Part shown: positions 37,953 through 45,853 of the stretch, piece after piece | Position numbering within the stretch: the stretch's first letter is position 1 | Layout of the letters: every line of letters begins with the position of its first letter | Assembly: GCA_045863235.1 (NCBI GenBank) | Contig: BTUM01000065.1 | Coordinates: forward strand, 1-46,151 | Source: Candidatus Xenobia bacterium | Lineage (GTDB): Bacteria > Vulcanimicrobiota > Xenobia > Xenobiales > QWHO01 | Length of the DNA: 46,151 bases | Direction of reading: 5' to 3' | Notes under the pieces: generated by a model | What the model was told of the DNA's origin: nothing | Seen by the model: only the letters and a program-made list of their open reading frames with translations | Database searches by the model: none | Program-made: the position numbers and the translations under genes

Positions 37953-38219
37953 CACCGAACCCAGATATACCTGCCTCAGGATGCTTACGAGAGTCTCGTC
38001 GAACTGAGCCAGCGGCAAGGGATCACGCTGGCTGAGTCGATTCGTCGCGCCGTGCAGATCTATCTCCGACAGACCGATGCCGATGCTTTGAGCCAGGCGT
38101 TGGCAACGTCGTTCGGTGCGTGGGGGCAGCGATCCGAGACCACCGAGGACCTGGTAAAGCAAATGCGTCGGGAGTGGAGTGAGCGTGAGCTTCGTGGTCG
38201 ACACGACAATTTTGATTGA
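37950..38219 (+). CDS. ribbon-helix-helix (CopG-like) antitoxin
   Basis: MHRTQIYL...LAESIRRAVQIYL...SFGAW; overlaps the PIN gene. Confidence 0.85.
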   Translation: MHRTQIYLPQDAYESLVELSQRQGITLAESIRRAVQIYLRQTDADALSQALATSFGAWGQRSETTEDLVKQMRREWSERELRGRHDNFD

Positions 38220-38559
38220 CCATCTTCGTGGTCGGCCGGAAGCCAGGGAATGGCTCGAGAGTCATCAGGCCGATGGTCTGAGCATTTCCGTGATCGCCCG
38301 GGCCGAGATCGTCGGAGGCTTGAGGGCAGGAGAAGAGCAAGCGACCTGGTCGCTCCTGCACCGTTTGCCCACTCTCGAAGTAGATACCCGGGTCGCCGAC
38401 CTTGCCGGGAGTTACCGGCGCAACTATTTGAAGAGCCATGGACTGTTGTTGCCGGACGCTCTCATCGCCGCGACCGCGCGCACCCACGATAAGACCCTGG
38501 TTACCTTGAACACGCGGGATTTCCCAATGGATGACATTCGCGTCTTGCGCCCCTACTAA
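38179..38559 (+). CDS. vapC: VapC-family PIN toxin
   Basis: VVDTTILID.LRG, AEI, DALIAATA, VTLNTRDF. Confidence 0.92.
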   Translation: MSVSFVVDTTILIDHLRGRPEAREWLESHQADGLSISVIARAEIVGGLRAGEEQATWSLLHRLPTLEVDTRVADLAGSYRRNYLKSHGLLLPDALIAATARTHDKTLVTLNTRDFPMDDIRVLRPY

Positions 38560-38640
38560 AGTGCAAGGCCTTTGGTCTTGCACTTACAACGCGCTGGAAC
38601 GCAGTTCCGGCGCGTTCGTCAGATTGTGCTAAGCGCGAGC
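38557..38640 (+). repeat. dispersed REP-like element, copy C
   Basis: TAA-AGTGCAAGGCC-TTT-GGTCTTGCACTT-ACAACGCGCTGGAAC-GCA-GTTCCGGCGCGTTCGTCAGA. Confidence 0.8.
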
Positions 38641-38713
38641 AGAAGGCAAACCGCAAAGTCCCTCATTCGATTGACGTTGCAGGCCTGTCCATCATTGCGT
38701 TAAAGGTCGCCGC

Positions 38714-39136
38714 ATGAGTATCGACTGGAATCAGTACAACCAAAAAATCATCGCGGAGTTTCGCGGAAACGCAGGAAACGTGGGCGGCGACTTCGCGGGT
38801 GCGCCCGTGCTGATCCTGACCACCAGGGGCGCAAAATCAGGGCGCGAGCACGTCACGCCCCTGGTCTACACGCTTGACGGGGACGACTTCGTGATCATCG
38901 CCTCCAAGGCGGGACTGCCCACCCATCCCGACTGGTATCACAACCTTCTGGCCAACGAGGAGGCTACCCTTGAGGTCGGCAGCGAGCGGTTTCCCGTTCG
39001 CGCGCGCGTGGCCGAGGGCGAGGAACGTGAGCGCCTCTTCAACCGTCAGGCTGACCTCATGCCGGTGTTTCACGATTATGCCCGCAAGGCCCCCAGGCAG
39101 ATCCCTGTGATCGTTCTCAAGCGGATTCTCTCGTAA
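38714..39136 (+). CDS. deazaflavin (F420)-dependent nitroreductase/quinone reductase family
   Basis: IIAEFR.N.G.VGG.F.G.PVLILTT.GAKSG, IASK.G.P.HPDWYHNLLAN, RQIPV. Confidence 0.9.
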   Translation: MSIDWNQYNQKIIAEFRGNAGNVGGDFAGAPVLILTTRGAKSGREHVTPLVYTLDGDDFVIIASKAGLPTHPDWYHNLLANEEATLEVGSERFPVRARVAEGEERERLFNRQADLMPVFHDYARKAPRQIPVIVLKRILS

Positions 39137-39283
39137 CCGCGGGGGCCCGTGAGCCTGCGAGACACGCGCATCGGAGGCCTCCGTGAGTCTCGAATTGAAT
39201 CTTCAGCGAGACGCGCGAGCATCGCAGGCCCGGTCCGTAAGTCCCGAGCATCTCCAGCGAAAACGAGCATTGCAAGGCTGCGC

Positions 39284-39901
39284 TTACAGGATCCCCTTCT
39301 TCTCCAGGTGGCGCAACAGCAGATACTCCGCCGGCAGGATCGCGGCCAGCACTCCAGCCGTGATCAGGGGATGAATGCCCGTCATGGTGGCGATGGTGGC
39401 GAAGTCGTTTCCGGCCTTGGCGGTGCCCAGGGCCGAGAGGGCGTAGGCCACCGTGTTCACCATCGTGAAGCCGGCGTAGCCCATCAGCACGCTGCCCAGC
39501 ACGGGACGCTTGTGGCGCATCATGTAGCCGGCCGCGAAGGTGGTGGTGGCCAGGCCCACGTCCACTACTGTGCCGGCCGCGGAGACGGCGGCGCGGGCGT
39601 AGGTGGGGCCGAGCTCCTGACCCAGCTCGGTCAAAGGGCCGGGGCGCCAGTAGGTCACGCCACCTTGCCAGGGCGTGACCTCGATGCGGGGGTTGGCTCC
39701 CTGGTAAAGCGCACTGGCAGTCACCGCGTGGCCCATCTCGTGCAGCCAGACGCTGGGGTAGCCAATGCCGATCCCGTAAGCGATCCCGCCCCGCACGCCG
39801 GCCTCGACCAGGTCCTTCCCGCTCAGTCCGGGCTCGGGCTCGGGCTCGGAAGGACGAGGCCGCGACGAGGCCAGGGGCAATGCCACGGACTGAATCTGCA
39901 T
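39284..39901 (-). CDS. M50B-like membrane metallopeptidase
   Basis: WLHEMGHA, VSAAG, GNDF; several hydrophobic segments; MQIQSV leader. Confidence 0.7.
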   Translation of the reverse strand: MQIQSVALPLASSRPRPSEPEPEPGLSGKDLVEAGVRGGIAYGIGIGYPSVWLHEMGHAVTASALYQGANPRIEVTPWQGGVTYWRPGPLTELGQELGPTYARAAVSAAGTVVDVGLATTTFAAGYMMRHKRPVLGSVLMGYAGFTMVNTVAYALSALGTAKAGNDFATIATMTGIHPLITAGVLAAILPAEYLLLRHLEKKGIL

Positions 39902-39945
39902 GCCGCTACAATGCCACCAACACCGCTCGAAAGGGTTGCGCGCCT

Positions 39946-40620
39946 GTGAACTTCCGGATCCAGCGAAGAGAAGGCGTTGTGCTCAAGCACGGCCCGGGAC
40001 CGGCCGAGGCGGCGATGCTGCGCTGGTGCGACGGGGTGGGGATGGTGCGCCTGCTGGCCGAGGAGCCCGATCTCCTGATCCTGGAGGAGCTGACCCCGGG
40101 CACTCCCCTGGCCGAGCTCGAGGACGAGAGCGCCCTGCGCCTGGCGGCGGGAGTGATGCGCACGTTCTGGCGACCTCCCCCGCCCGATGGTTTTCCCAGC
40201 CTGCACGACTGGGCCAGAGGGTTCTCCCGCGTGCGGCTCGAGAGCGACCGCGCCGAAGGCATCTACCGTGAGCTGCTGGCCTCCCAGGCCGAGCCCGTGC
40301 TGCTGCACGGCGACCTGCACCAGCAAAACATCCTCTGGTCGCAAGAGCGCGGCTGGCTGGCCATCGACCCGCAGGGGGTGGTGGGCGAGCCGGCCTACGA
40401 GGTGGGAGCCCTGCTGCGCAATCCCCGCGAGCGTGTGCTCAGGCTCGACCTTCACAGGAGGATCGCGGTGCTGGCCGAGGAGCTGGGCTTCGAGCGCGAG
40501 CGATTGCGGGGCTGGGCCTATGCTCAGGCGATGCTGGCCGCCTGCTGGAGCCTGGAGGACCAGGACGGCGAGGAGCAGCTCTGGCTGGCCGTCGCCGAGC
40601 GATTTCAGCGAAATGGGTGA
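39946..40620 (+). CDS. aminoglycoside/hydroxyurea kinase (APH(6)-like)
   Basis: VLK, EAAMLRWCDG.GMVRLL, LLHGDLHQQNIL, WLAIDPQG..GEPAYE; shorter at the N-terminus than typical. Confidence 0.85.
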   Translation: MNFRIQRREGVVLKHGPGPAEAAMLRWCDGVGMVRLLAEEPDLLILEELTPGTPLAELEDESALRLAAGVMRTFWRPPPPDGFPSLHDWARGFSRVRLESDRAEGIYRELLASQAEPVLLHGDLHQQNILWSQERGWLAIDPQGVVGEPAYEVGALLRNPRERVLRLDLHRRIAVLAEELGFERERLRGWAYAQAMLAACWSLEDQDGEEQLWLAVAERFQRNG

Positions 40621-40627
40621 TGAGTTC

Positions 40628-40799
40628 GCGCGTCTTGCTGCCCAAGCTCCACGCTCACGCCCGGGAGCGGCCCTGCGCGTCTTGCTGCCGAAGCTCCACG
40701 CTCACGCCCGGAGCAGCTCTGCGCGTCTTGCTGCCCAAGCTCCACGCTCACGCCCGGGAGCAGCTCTGCGCGTCTTGCTGCCCAAGCTCCACGCTCACG
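40628..40799. repeat. four 46-47 bp tandem repeats
   Basis: GCGCGTCTTGCTGCCCAAGCTCCACGCTCACGCCCGGGAGCAGCTCT at 40628, 40675, 40721 and 40768 (last one partial). Confidence 0.92.
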
Positions 40800-40803
40800 T
40801 TTG

Positions 40804-42309
40804 CTAACCGGCCGACCGGCGCGGCACCCGCACCGAGCCGATGACCACCGCCTCCGCCTCCTCGCGAACGCCCGAGGAGCGGCCGTCGGCCCGGCCCAGG
40901 CCCGGGGTCAACAGCACCCCCACCTGGCCCTCGCTGCCCACCGCAAAGAGCCGCCCATCGCCCTGCACCAGCTCGCGCACCTCCGAGCCCAGGGAGAAGC
41001 GCTCCACGCCCGCTTCGAGATCGCACCAGAGCACCTGGCCCTGACGGGTGCCCAGGGCCAGGTAACCGCGTCCCTCGCTCTCCAGGCCGACCGCGCCGGT
41101 TAGCTCGTCGCCCTGAGCCAGGCGCACCTGGTAGTCGCCCGTGCGAACACCCTCGCGCCCCAGCTCGACCTCACGCCCTCCTACCCGCAGCGTCATGCCG
41201 GGCAGCACCCGCGAGTCGCCCCGGGCCAGCAGAGGCGGGGATTCGCGCGACAAGACCGTATCTGTCTTCTCGACCCGCGAGCCGGCGATCTGCCAATCCA
41301 GCACGGTCTGCGGGGGGATCCCCTCGCACAGGCTGTCCATGCGAATGCGCGCCAGCTCGGGCAGGGGGTGCTCGTCCTCGGCCACCGGTCCGAGATCGAC
41401 CACCTGCCCGGGCCGGCTCAGGTCCAGCTTGAGCAGACGAAAGCCCTTGTCCGGCCCATAATCGATGCAGACAGCGTAGGCAAAGCGCTGGTCGGGGGAC
41501 AGAAAGAACTGCTCGAGCAAGCGCTCGTCCCCGATCGGATAGTTGGCGCAGAACTCGCCATCCCCGGCCCGCAGGGCGAAGCTGCGCCCTTCCCAGAGCA
41601 GCACCTGGCCGCTGTCGAGCGGCACCAGCGAGTGGGTGGAGGGACGTGCCTCATAGCGCACCTCTCCGGTCGGGCTCCAGCCCACCACGGTGCGGGGCTG
41701 GCCGCGGCGGGTCTGGCCTTCGATGAACCAGATGCGGCCGTCCTTGCCCTCGCGAGCGCCTTCCAGGGCGTCCTGGCTCAGCTCGCGGCGCTGTCCCTGG
41801 CGGTCGAACAGGGCCAGGCGCCCCGGGTAGCCCTCCCCCACCAGCAGCCCGTGGCGGGTGGCCTGCACCGAGTTGCCCAGAAAGCCCACCTCCTGCTGGC
41901 CGAGCGGCTTGAGGTCGGGGGTGAAGTGGCGCAGGAAGCCCTGGTCGAGCAGCGCCACCCCTCCCTCCCACTCGGCCAGGCGGCGCTGGAAGCCGAACTC
42001 GTTGAAGCGGAACTCGCCCGTGACCTTGCCGGTGGCTGCCTCCAGGCTCACGAGGCCCAGGCCGGTGCGCACCAGGTAGCGGTCCTGCAGAGGGCGCACC
42101 TCGCCGATGTGGGTGTCATCCTCCACCTGGTAGGTGAAGCGGGCCTGGCCCTCGCGGTCGTACTGGCTGAGCTGGTGGCCTCGCTGGTGGCTGACCACCA
42201 GAGTGTCCTCGTGCGAAAAGACGTCGTCCGCGCTCAGCTGGCGGGTGCGCTCGAAGCGTCCGTCAGGGAGCGGGCGGAAGACGTCCATCCGTCCGACCGC
42301 GGGCAGCAT
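40804..42309 (-). CDS. hypothetical beta-propeller-like protein with conserved C-terminal tail
   Basis: Beta-rich repeats (LVSLEAATGKV, LALGTRQGQV, FAVGSEGQV); ends SGVREEAEAVVIGSVRVPRRSAG. Confidence 0.7.
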   Translation of the reverse strand: MLPAVGRMDVFRPLPDGRFERTRQLSADDVFSHEDTLVVSHQRGHQLSQYDREGQARFTYQVEDDTHIGEVRPLQDRYLVRTGLGLVSLEAATGKVTGEFRFNEFGFQRRLAEWEGGVALLDQGFLRHFTPDLKPLGQQEVGFLGNSVQATRHGLLVGEGYPGRLALFDRQGQRRELSQDALEGAREGKDGRIWFIEGQTRRGQPRTVVGWSPTGEVRYEARPSTHSLVPLDSGQVLLWEGRSFALRAGDGEFCANYPIGDERLLEQFFLSPDQRFAYAVCIDYGPDKGFRLLKLDLSRPGQVVDLGPVAEDEHPLPELARIRMDSLCEGIPPQTVLDWQIAGSRVEKTDTVLSRESPPLLARGDSRVLPGMTLRVGGREVELGREGVRTGDYQVRLAQGDELTGAVGLESEGRGYLALGTRQGQVLWCDLEAGVERFSLGSEVRELVQGDGRLFAVGSEGQVGVLLTPGLGRADGRSSGVREEAEAVVIGSVRVPRRSAG

Positions 42310-42310
42310 G

Positions 42311-42736
42311 TCAGACTGCGGTCATCTCGTCCTTGCGCACTTTGCCGTCAGCCCCGATGATCAGGGTCTCGTGCACGGTCTCGATCATGGAAACGTTGTG
42401 GATGCTGGTGATGCGGGTCTCTCTGTCGGCCAGGCTGAAGGACACGACCTGGCGCACCGAGCCATCGCCGTCCAGAGCGTAGCTGCGCTGCTCGAAGTTG
42501 CTGCCGGGCAGTTCGCTCCAGTTCCGCCCCAGCGTCTTCTGGGGGTCGGGCAGGATGCCCACGCTCTCCCAGCCCAGGCTGTAATAGCCGTGCAGGGTGG
42601 CGACGCGAGGGTCGGAGGGCGACAGGATGGCCTCGGCGCCGAACGAGGAACGAAGCTCGCGGGCGATGGCCGGGGAGAACTCGGCACCGGCGGATTTCCT
42701 GCTGGCGCTGGCAGTGGGCAAGGTGGAAATGTGCAT
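42311..42736 (-). CDS. hypothetical protein (141 aa)
   Basis: GGGAGG RBS before ATG 42736 (MHISTLPTASAS); the next gene starts 1 nt after its stop. Confidence 0.75.
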   Translation of the reverse strand: MHISTLPTASASRKSAGAEFSPAIARELRSSFGAEAILSPSDPRVATLHGYYSLGWESVGILPDPQKTLGRNWSELPGSNFEQRSYALDGDGSVRQVVSFSLADRETRITSIHNVSMIETVHETLIIGADGKVRKDEMTAV

Positions 42737-42763
42737 GGCAACCTCCCTCTCTTCTCGGCGGGA

Positions 42764-42795
42764 GTTATATGCCTGCGGACTGAAAAATCCCTGAA
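42764..42795 (-). promoter_or_regulatory. shared motif TTCAG-N6-TTCAG-N10-TATAAC
   Basis: Minus strand reads TTCAG ggattt TTCAG tccgcaggca TATAAC, fully intergenic. Confidence 0.65.
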
Positions 42796-42815
42796 ACGTC
42801 AAAGCCGCGTCAAAC

Positions 42816-44144
42816 TCAGGCCAGCTCGCGCACCCGGCCCAGGGTAGCCTCGGGCCAGCCCGCCACCCGCGACTCGGCCACCACCCGCACGATCGGCTCG
42901 GTGTTGGAGGGACGCACGCCCAGCCAGGACCCATCCGCAAAACTCAGGCGCAAGCCGTCCAGCCGGTCGGGAGTGGCCTCTGGGAAAGCCGCCTCCAGAC
43001 GCGCGTAGAGCTCGGGCAAGGAGGGACCGAGCGGCAGCTTGTTGCCCACGTGATGGTAGAATGGCAACTCGGCCAGCCGTTGGGACAGAGTTCGCGCATC
43101 AGATGCCAGGCACTCCAGCACCAGGGCCGTTCCAACCAGGCTGTCGCGGCCCAGCGAGACGGGCGGAAAGATCACGCCCCCGTTCCCCTCGCCGCCGAAA
43201 GCAAAGCCCTCGGCCGAGTGCATGGCCAGGGCCCGGGACAGGTTCACCTCCCCTACCCGGGTCTCCACCACCCGGGCCCCGTGGCGCGCGGCCACGTCGT
43301 TCACGGCCCGTGTGGTGGTCAGGTTCTTCACCACCACGACCGGCCCGGGACGATTCGAGAGCACGTGCTCCACCACCAGGACCAGGGTCGACTCCTCACC
43401 AGGGGCGCGGCCTTGCTCGGTCACCAAGGCCAGCCGGTCACCATCGAGGTCCTGGGCCAGACCCAGCTGGCAACCATGGGCCAGAACGGCCTGGCACAGG
43501 TCTTTCAGCGACTCGGCGGTGGGCTCGGACTCGCGCCCCGAGCGCACCACCGCCGTGAAGCAGCCCAGTCGCTCCAAGAGGCGCACCAGCAGCTCCTCGC
43601 CCGCTCCCCCTCCGGCGTCCACGGCCACCCGCAGGGCGCGCCGTCGGATTCGCTCGCAGTCTACCTGGGCCAGCACTCGCTCCAGGTGAAGCTCCAGGGC
43701 CCGCTCATGCATCTCGAGCAGCTGGCCGGGTCGACCCTGACCCGTGCCAGACTGGACCAGCGCCTGCAAACGCTCGGTCTGGGCCCCGTCCAGCACCGTG
43801 TTCTCAGGCCCCAGGAAGAACTTGAACCCGTTCCACTGGCTCGGGTTGTGGCTGGCCGTCACCATGAGGGCCCCATCGGCCTGCAGGGGCTGCATACAGC
43901 ACTGGATGGTGGGCGTGGCCACCACTCCCAGGTCCAGCAGCCGCCCTTCCGGAAGCCCGCGGATCAAAGCCTCGAGCAGTTGGGGGCCGGAAGGGCGGGT
44001 ATCCCGGGCCAGGAGGAGGGTGGGGTGGGGATTGCGCTCCGAGACCAGGGCCCCGAAGGCGCGCCCGTAGCGCTCGGCCACCTCGGCCGTGAGCGACTCG
44101 CCCACGATGCCCCGCACGCCGGAATAGCTGACCTTCAAGCTCAT
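42816..44144 (-). CDS. phosphohexomutase (GlmM/PMM-like)
   Basis: SGVRG, RDTRPSG, TASHNP..WNGFKF, DLDGDRL, GGEGNGG, DGLR, RPSNTEPIVR. Confidence 0.93.
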   Translation of the reverse strand: MSLKVSYSGVRGIVGESLTAEVAERYGRAFGALVSERNPHPTLLLARDTRPSGPQLLEALIRGLPEGRLLDLGVVATPTIQCCMQPLQADGALMVTASHNPSQWNGFKFFLGPENTVLDGAQTERLQALVQSGTGQGRPGQLLEMHERALELHLERVLAQVDCERIRRRALRVAVDAGGGAGEELLVRLLERLGCFTAVVRSGRESEPTAESLKDLCQAVLAHGCQLGLAQDLDGDRLALVTEQGRAPGEESTLVLVVEHVLSNRPGPVVVVKNLTTTRAVNDVAARHGARVVETRVGEVNLSRALAMHSAEGFAFGGEGNGGVIFPPVSLGRDSLVGTALVLECLASDARTLSQRLAELPFYHHVGNKLPLGPSLPELYARLEAAFPEATPDRLDGLRLSFADGSWLGVRPSNTEPIVRVVAESRVAGWPEATLGRVRELA

Positions 44145-44887
44145 GCAGGATAGGCCGTGCGGTAGTAGTCTTTCAGCTCGAGCCGGCGGGCGGCCGCCTC
44201 GTCCACCAGGGCGGTCGCCTGGGGATGAAGCTGCAGAGCGGTGGCCGGCACCAGGCTGGTGATGGGACCCTCGATCACGCGGGGGAGAATGGCGGCTTTC
44301 TTGGGACCGGTGGCCAGCAACAGGATGCGCCGCGCCTGCATGATGGTGCCCACGCCCATGGTGAGCCCGTGGGTGGGGACGGGTCCGCCCTTGAAGGTGT
44401 CCAGGTTGGCCTGGCGGGTGGAGCTGTGCAGCGCCATGACGCGGGTGCGCGAGCCCAGCGAGGAGGATGGCTCGTTGAAGGCGATGTGGCCGTCCTCGCC
44501 CAGGCCGAGGATAGCCAGGTCCAGCCCCCCGGCAGCCCGGATGGCCTCCTCGTAGGCCCGGGCCTCGGCCGCCAGATCGCTGGCCAGGCCGTTGGGCACG
44601 CGATGCTGGGCGGGGGGCAGGTTCACGTGGCGAAAAAAGTTCTGCTCCATGTAGCTGGCAAACGAGTCGGGATGCTCGCGGCCCAGCCCGACGTACTCAT
44701 CCAGGTTGAAGGTGCGGGCCTGGCTGAAGTCGAGCCCGCGCGCCGAAAGCTCTCGATAGAGGGCCAGCGGAGTCCGCCCGGTGGGCAGAGCCAGCACCGC
44801 CTGAGGGCGCTCGGCCAGAAGGCCCTGCACCAGGTCGGCGGCGCGCCGCGTGACGTCGTCAGGGTTGGCGAAAATGACCACTTCCAT
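44141..44887 (-). CDS. nagB: glucosamine-6-phosphate deaminase
   Basis: LPTGRTP, TFNLDEYVGL, GLGEDGHIAFNEP, TMGVGTI, LQLHP. Confidence 0.95.
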   Translation of the reverse strand: MEVVIFANPDDVTRRAADLVQGLLAERPQAVLALPTGRTPLALYRELSARGLDFSQARTFNLDEYVGLGREHPDSFASYMEQNFFRHVNLPPAQHRVPNGLASDLAAEARAYEEAIRAAGGLDLAILGLGEDGHIAFNEPSSSLGSRTRVMALHSSTRQANLDTFKGGPVPTHGLTMGVGTIMQARRILLLATGPKKAAILPRVIEGPITSLVPATALQLHPQATALVDEAAARRLELKDYYRTAYPA

Positions 44888-44889
44888 CT

Positions 44890-44954
44890 AATGTGCTCCC
44901 TCTCTGGTCGCGCCGGTCTGAAGAACTCGCCGGAACTGCGTGCGTTGCACCTTA
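44890..44954 (-). repeat. dispersed REP-like element, shortened copy E
   Basis: Minus strand reads TAA-GGTGCAA..CGCAGTTCCGGCGAGTTCTTCAGA...GAGCACATT and fills the deacetylase-nagB gap. Confidence 0.6.
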
Positions 44955-45791
44955 GCTCAGCCTCCGAATGCGTTGCTCCACATCATGGCGGAACCGATCC
45001 ACGTGGGCCAGCACGAAGGCGGCCGGATCCAGCGAGGGGTCTTCGACCAGGGCCGTCATATCCATGGCCAGCTCCAGACAACTCGCCCGATCGGCGGCAT
45101 GGGACATGTGGTAGGTGGCGTTGGCCCGCTTGCGCCCCTGGGTGGCCAGGTCGTAACGCTTGCCCCCGGCGATCTGCGAGTCATAGACGCCCATGAGCGA
45201 CATGGTGAGGTTCTCGTGGGCGCTCACGTCGAAGGCCACCTTGTCGGCGTCGAGCATCCAGTCGAGACCGCGCCAGACCTCGCAGCCGTAGAGCTTGTCA
45301 GGCCGGTGAGCGCAGGAGCGCAGAGCTTTGATGACGGCCAGGGTCACGGCCACGTGGGTCTCGTGCTTGTCGGCCAGGTTGTGGGTGTAGACCTCACGGG
45401 GGCGCGTGGTCTGGAGGATCTCGATCAGATCCTCCACCAGTCGACTCTCAGGGGAGCGCACCTCGGCGCTGGAGTAATCGAGGCAGACGAGGGCCGCGTA
45501 ATCGCCGGTCATGGCCGCGCGCTTCTGCTCCTTGAGCCGCACCGAGCGCATCTCGTCGTCGGAGTAGCCGGCGTACTCGTCCACCCGCGAGCTGCCCCGG
45601 CCGTCAGTCACGGTCACCCCGGTGAATCCGCGCTCGGGCACTTGAAAGCACTGCAAGATCGCCCACCAGGTCATGAACTCGAGATCGTCGGGATGAGCCC
45701 CGATTCCCAGGTGCGTCGTGCGCGCGAAGGCCTCCGCGGGGGGGCGCCCGTCGGGGATGTAAAGCTCGGCCGAAGGATGACTCAGTTTCAA
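44952..45791 (-). CDS. PIG-L family deacetylase
   Basis: GAHPDDLE, VTDG, R..EQ..AA, DKHETH, YDSQI; probable TTG start at 45791. Confidence 0.88.
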   Translation of the reverse strand: MKLSHPSAELYIPDGRPPAEAFARTTHLGIGAHPDDLEFMTWWAILQCFQVPERGFTGVTVTDGRGSSRVDEYAGYSDDEMRSVRLKEQKRAAMTGDYAALVCLDYSSAEVRSPESRLVEDLIEILQTTRPREVYTHNLADKHETHVAVTLAVIKALRSCAHRPDKLYGCEVWRGLDWMLDADKVAFDVSAHENLTMSLMGVYDSQIAGGKRYDLATQGRKRANATYHMSHAADRASCLELAMDMTALVEDPSLDPAAFVLAHVDRFRHDVEQRIRRLS

Positions 45792-45853
45792 TGTTAAGAA
45801 ACCTTCTCGAATCGCTGAAGGGAATCCCTGTTCTCGACCCCGAAATTCTCCGA

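Noticed and set aside
40628..40799. CRISPR array
   Set aside because: The sequences between the conserved cores are near-identical, so this is a plain tandem repeat
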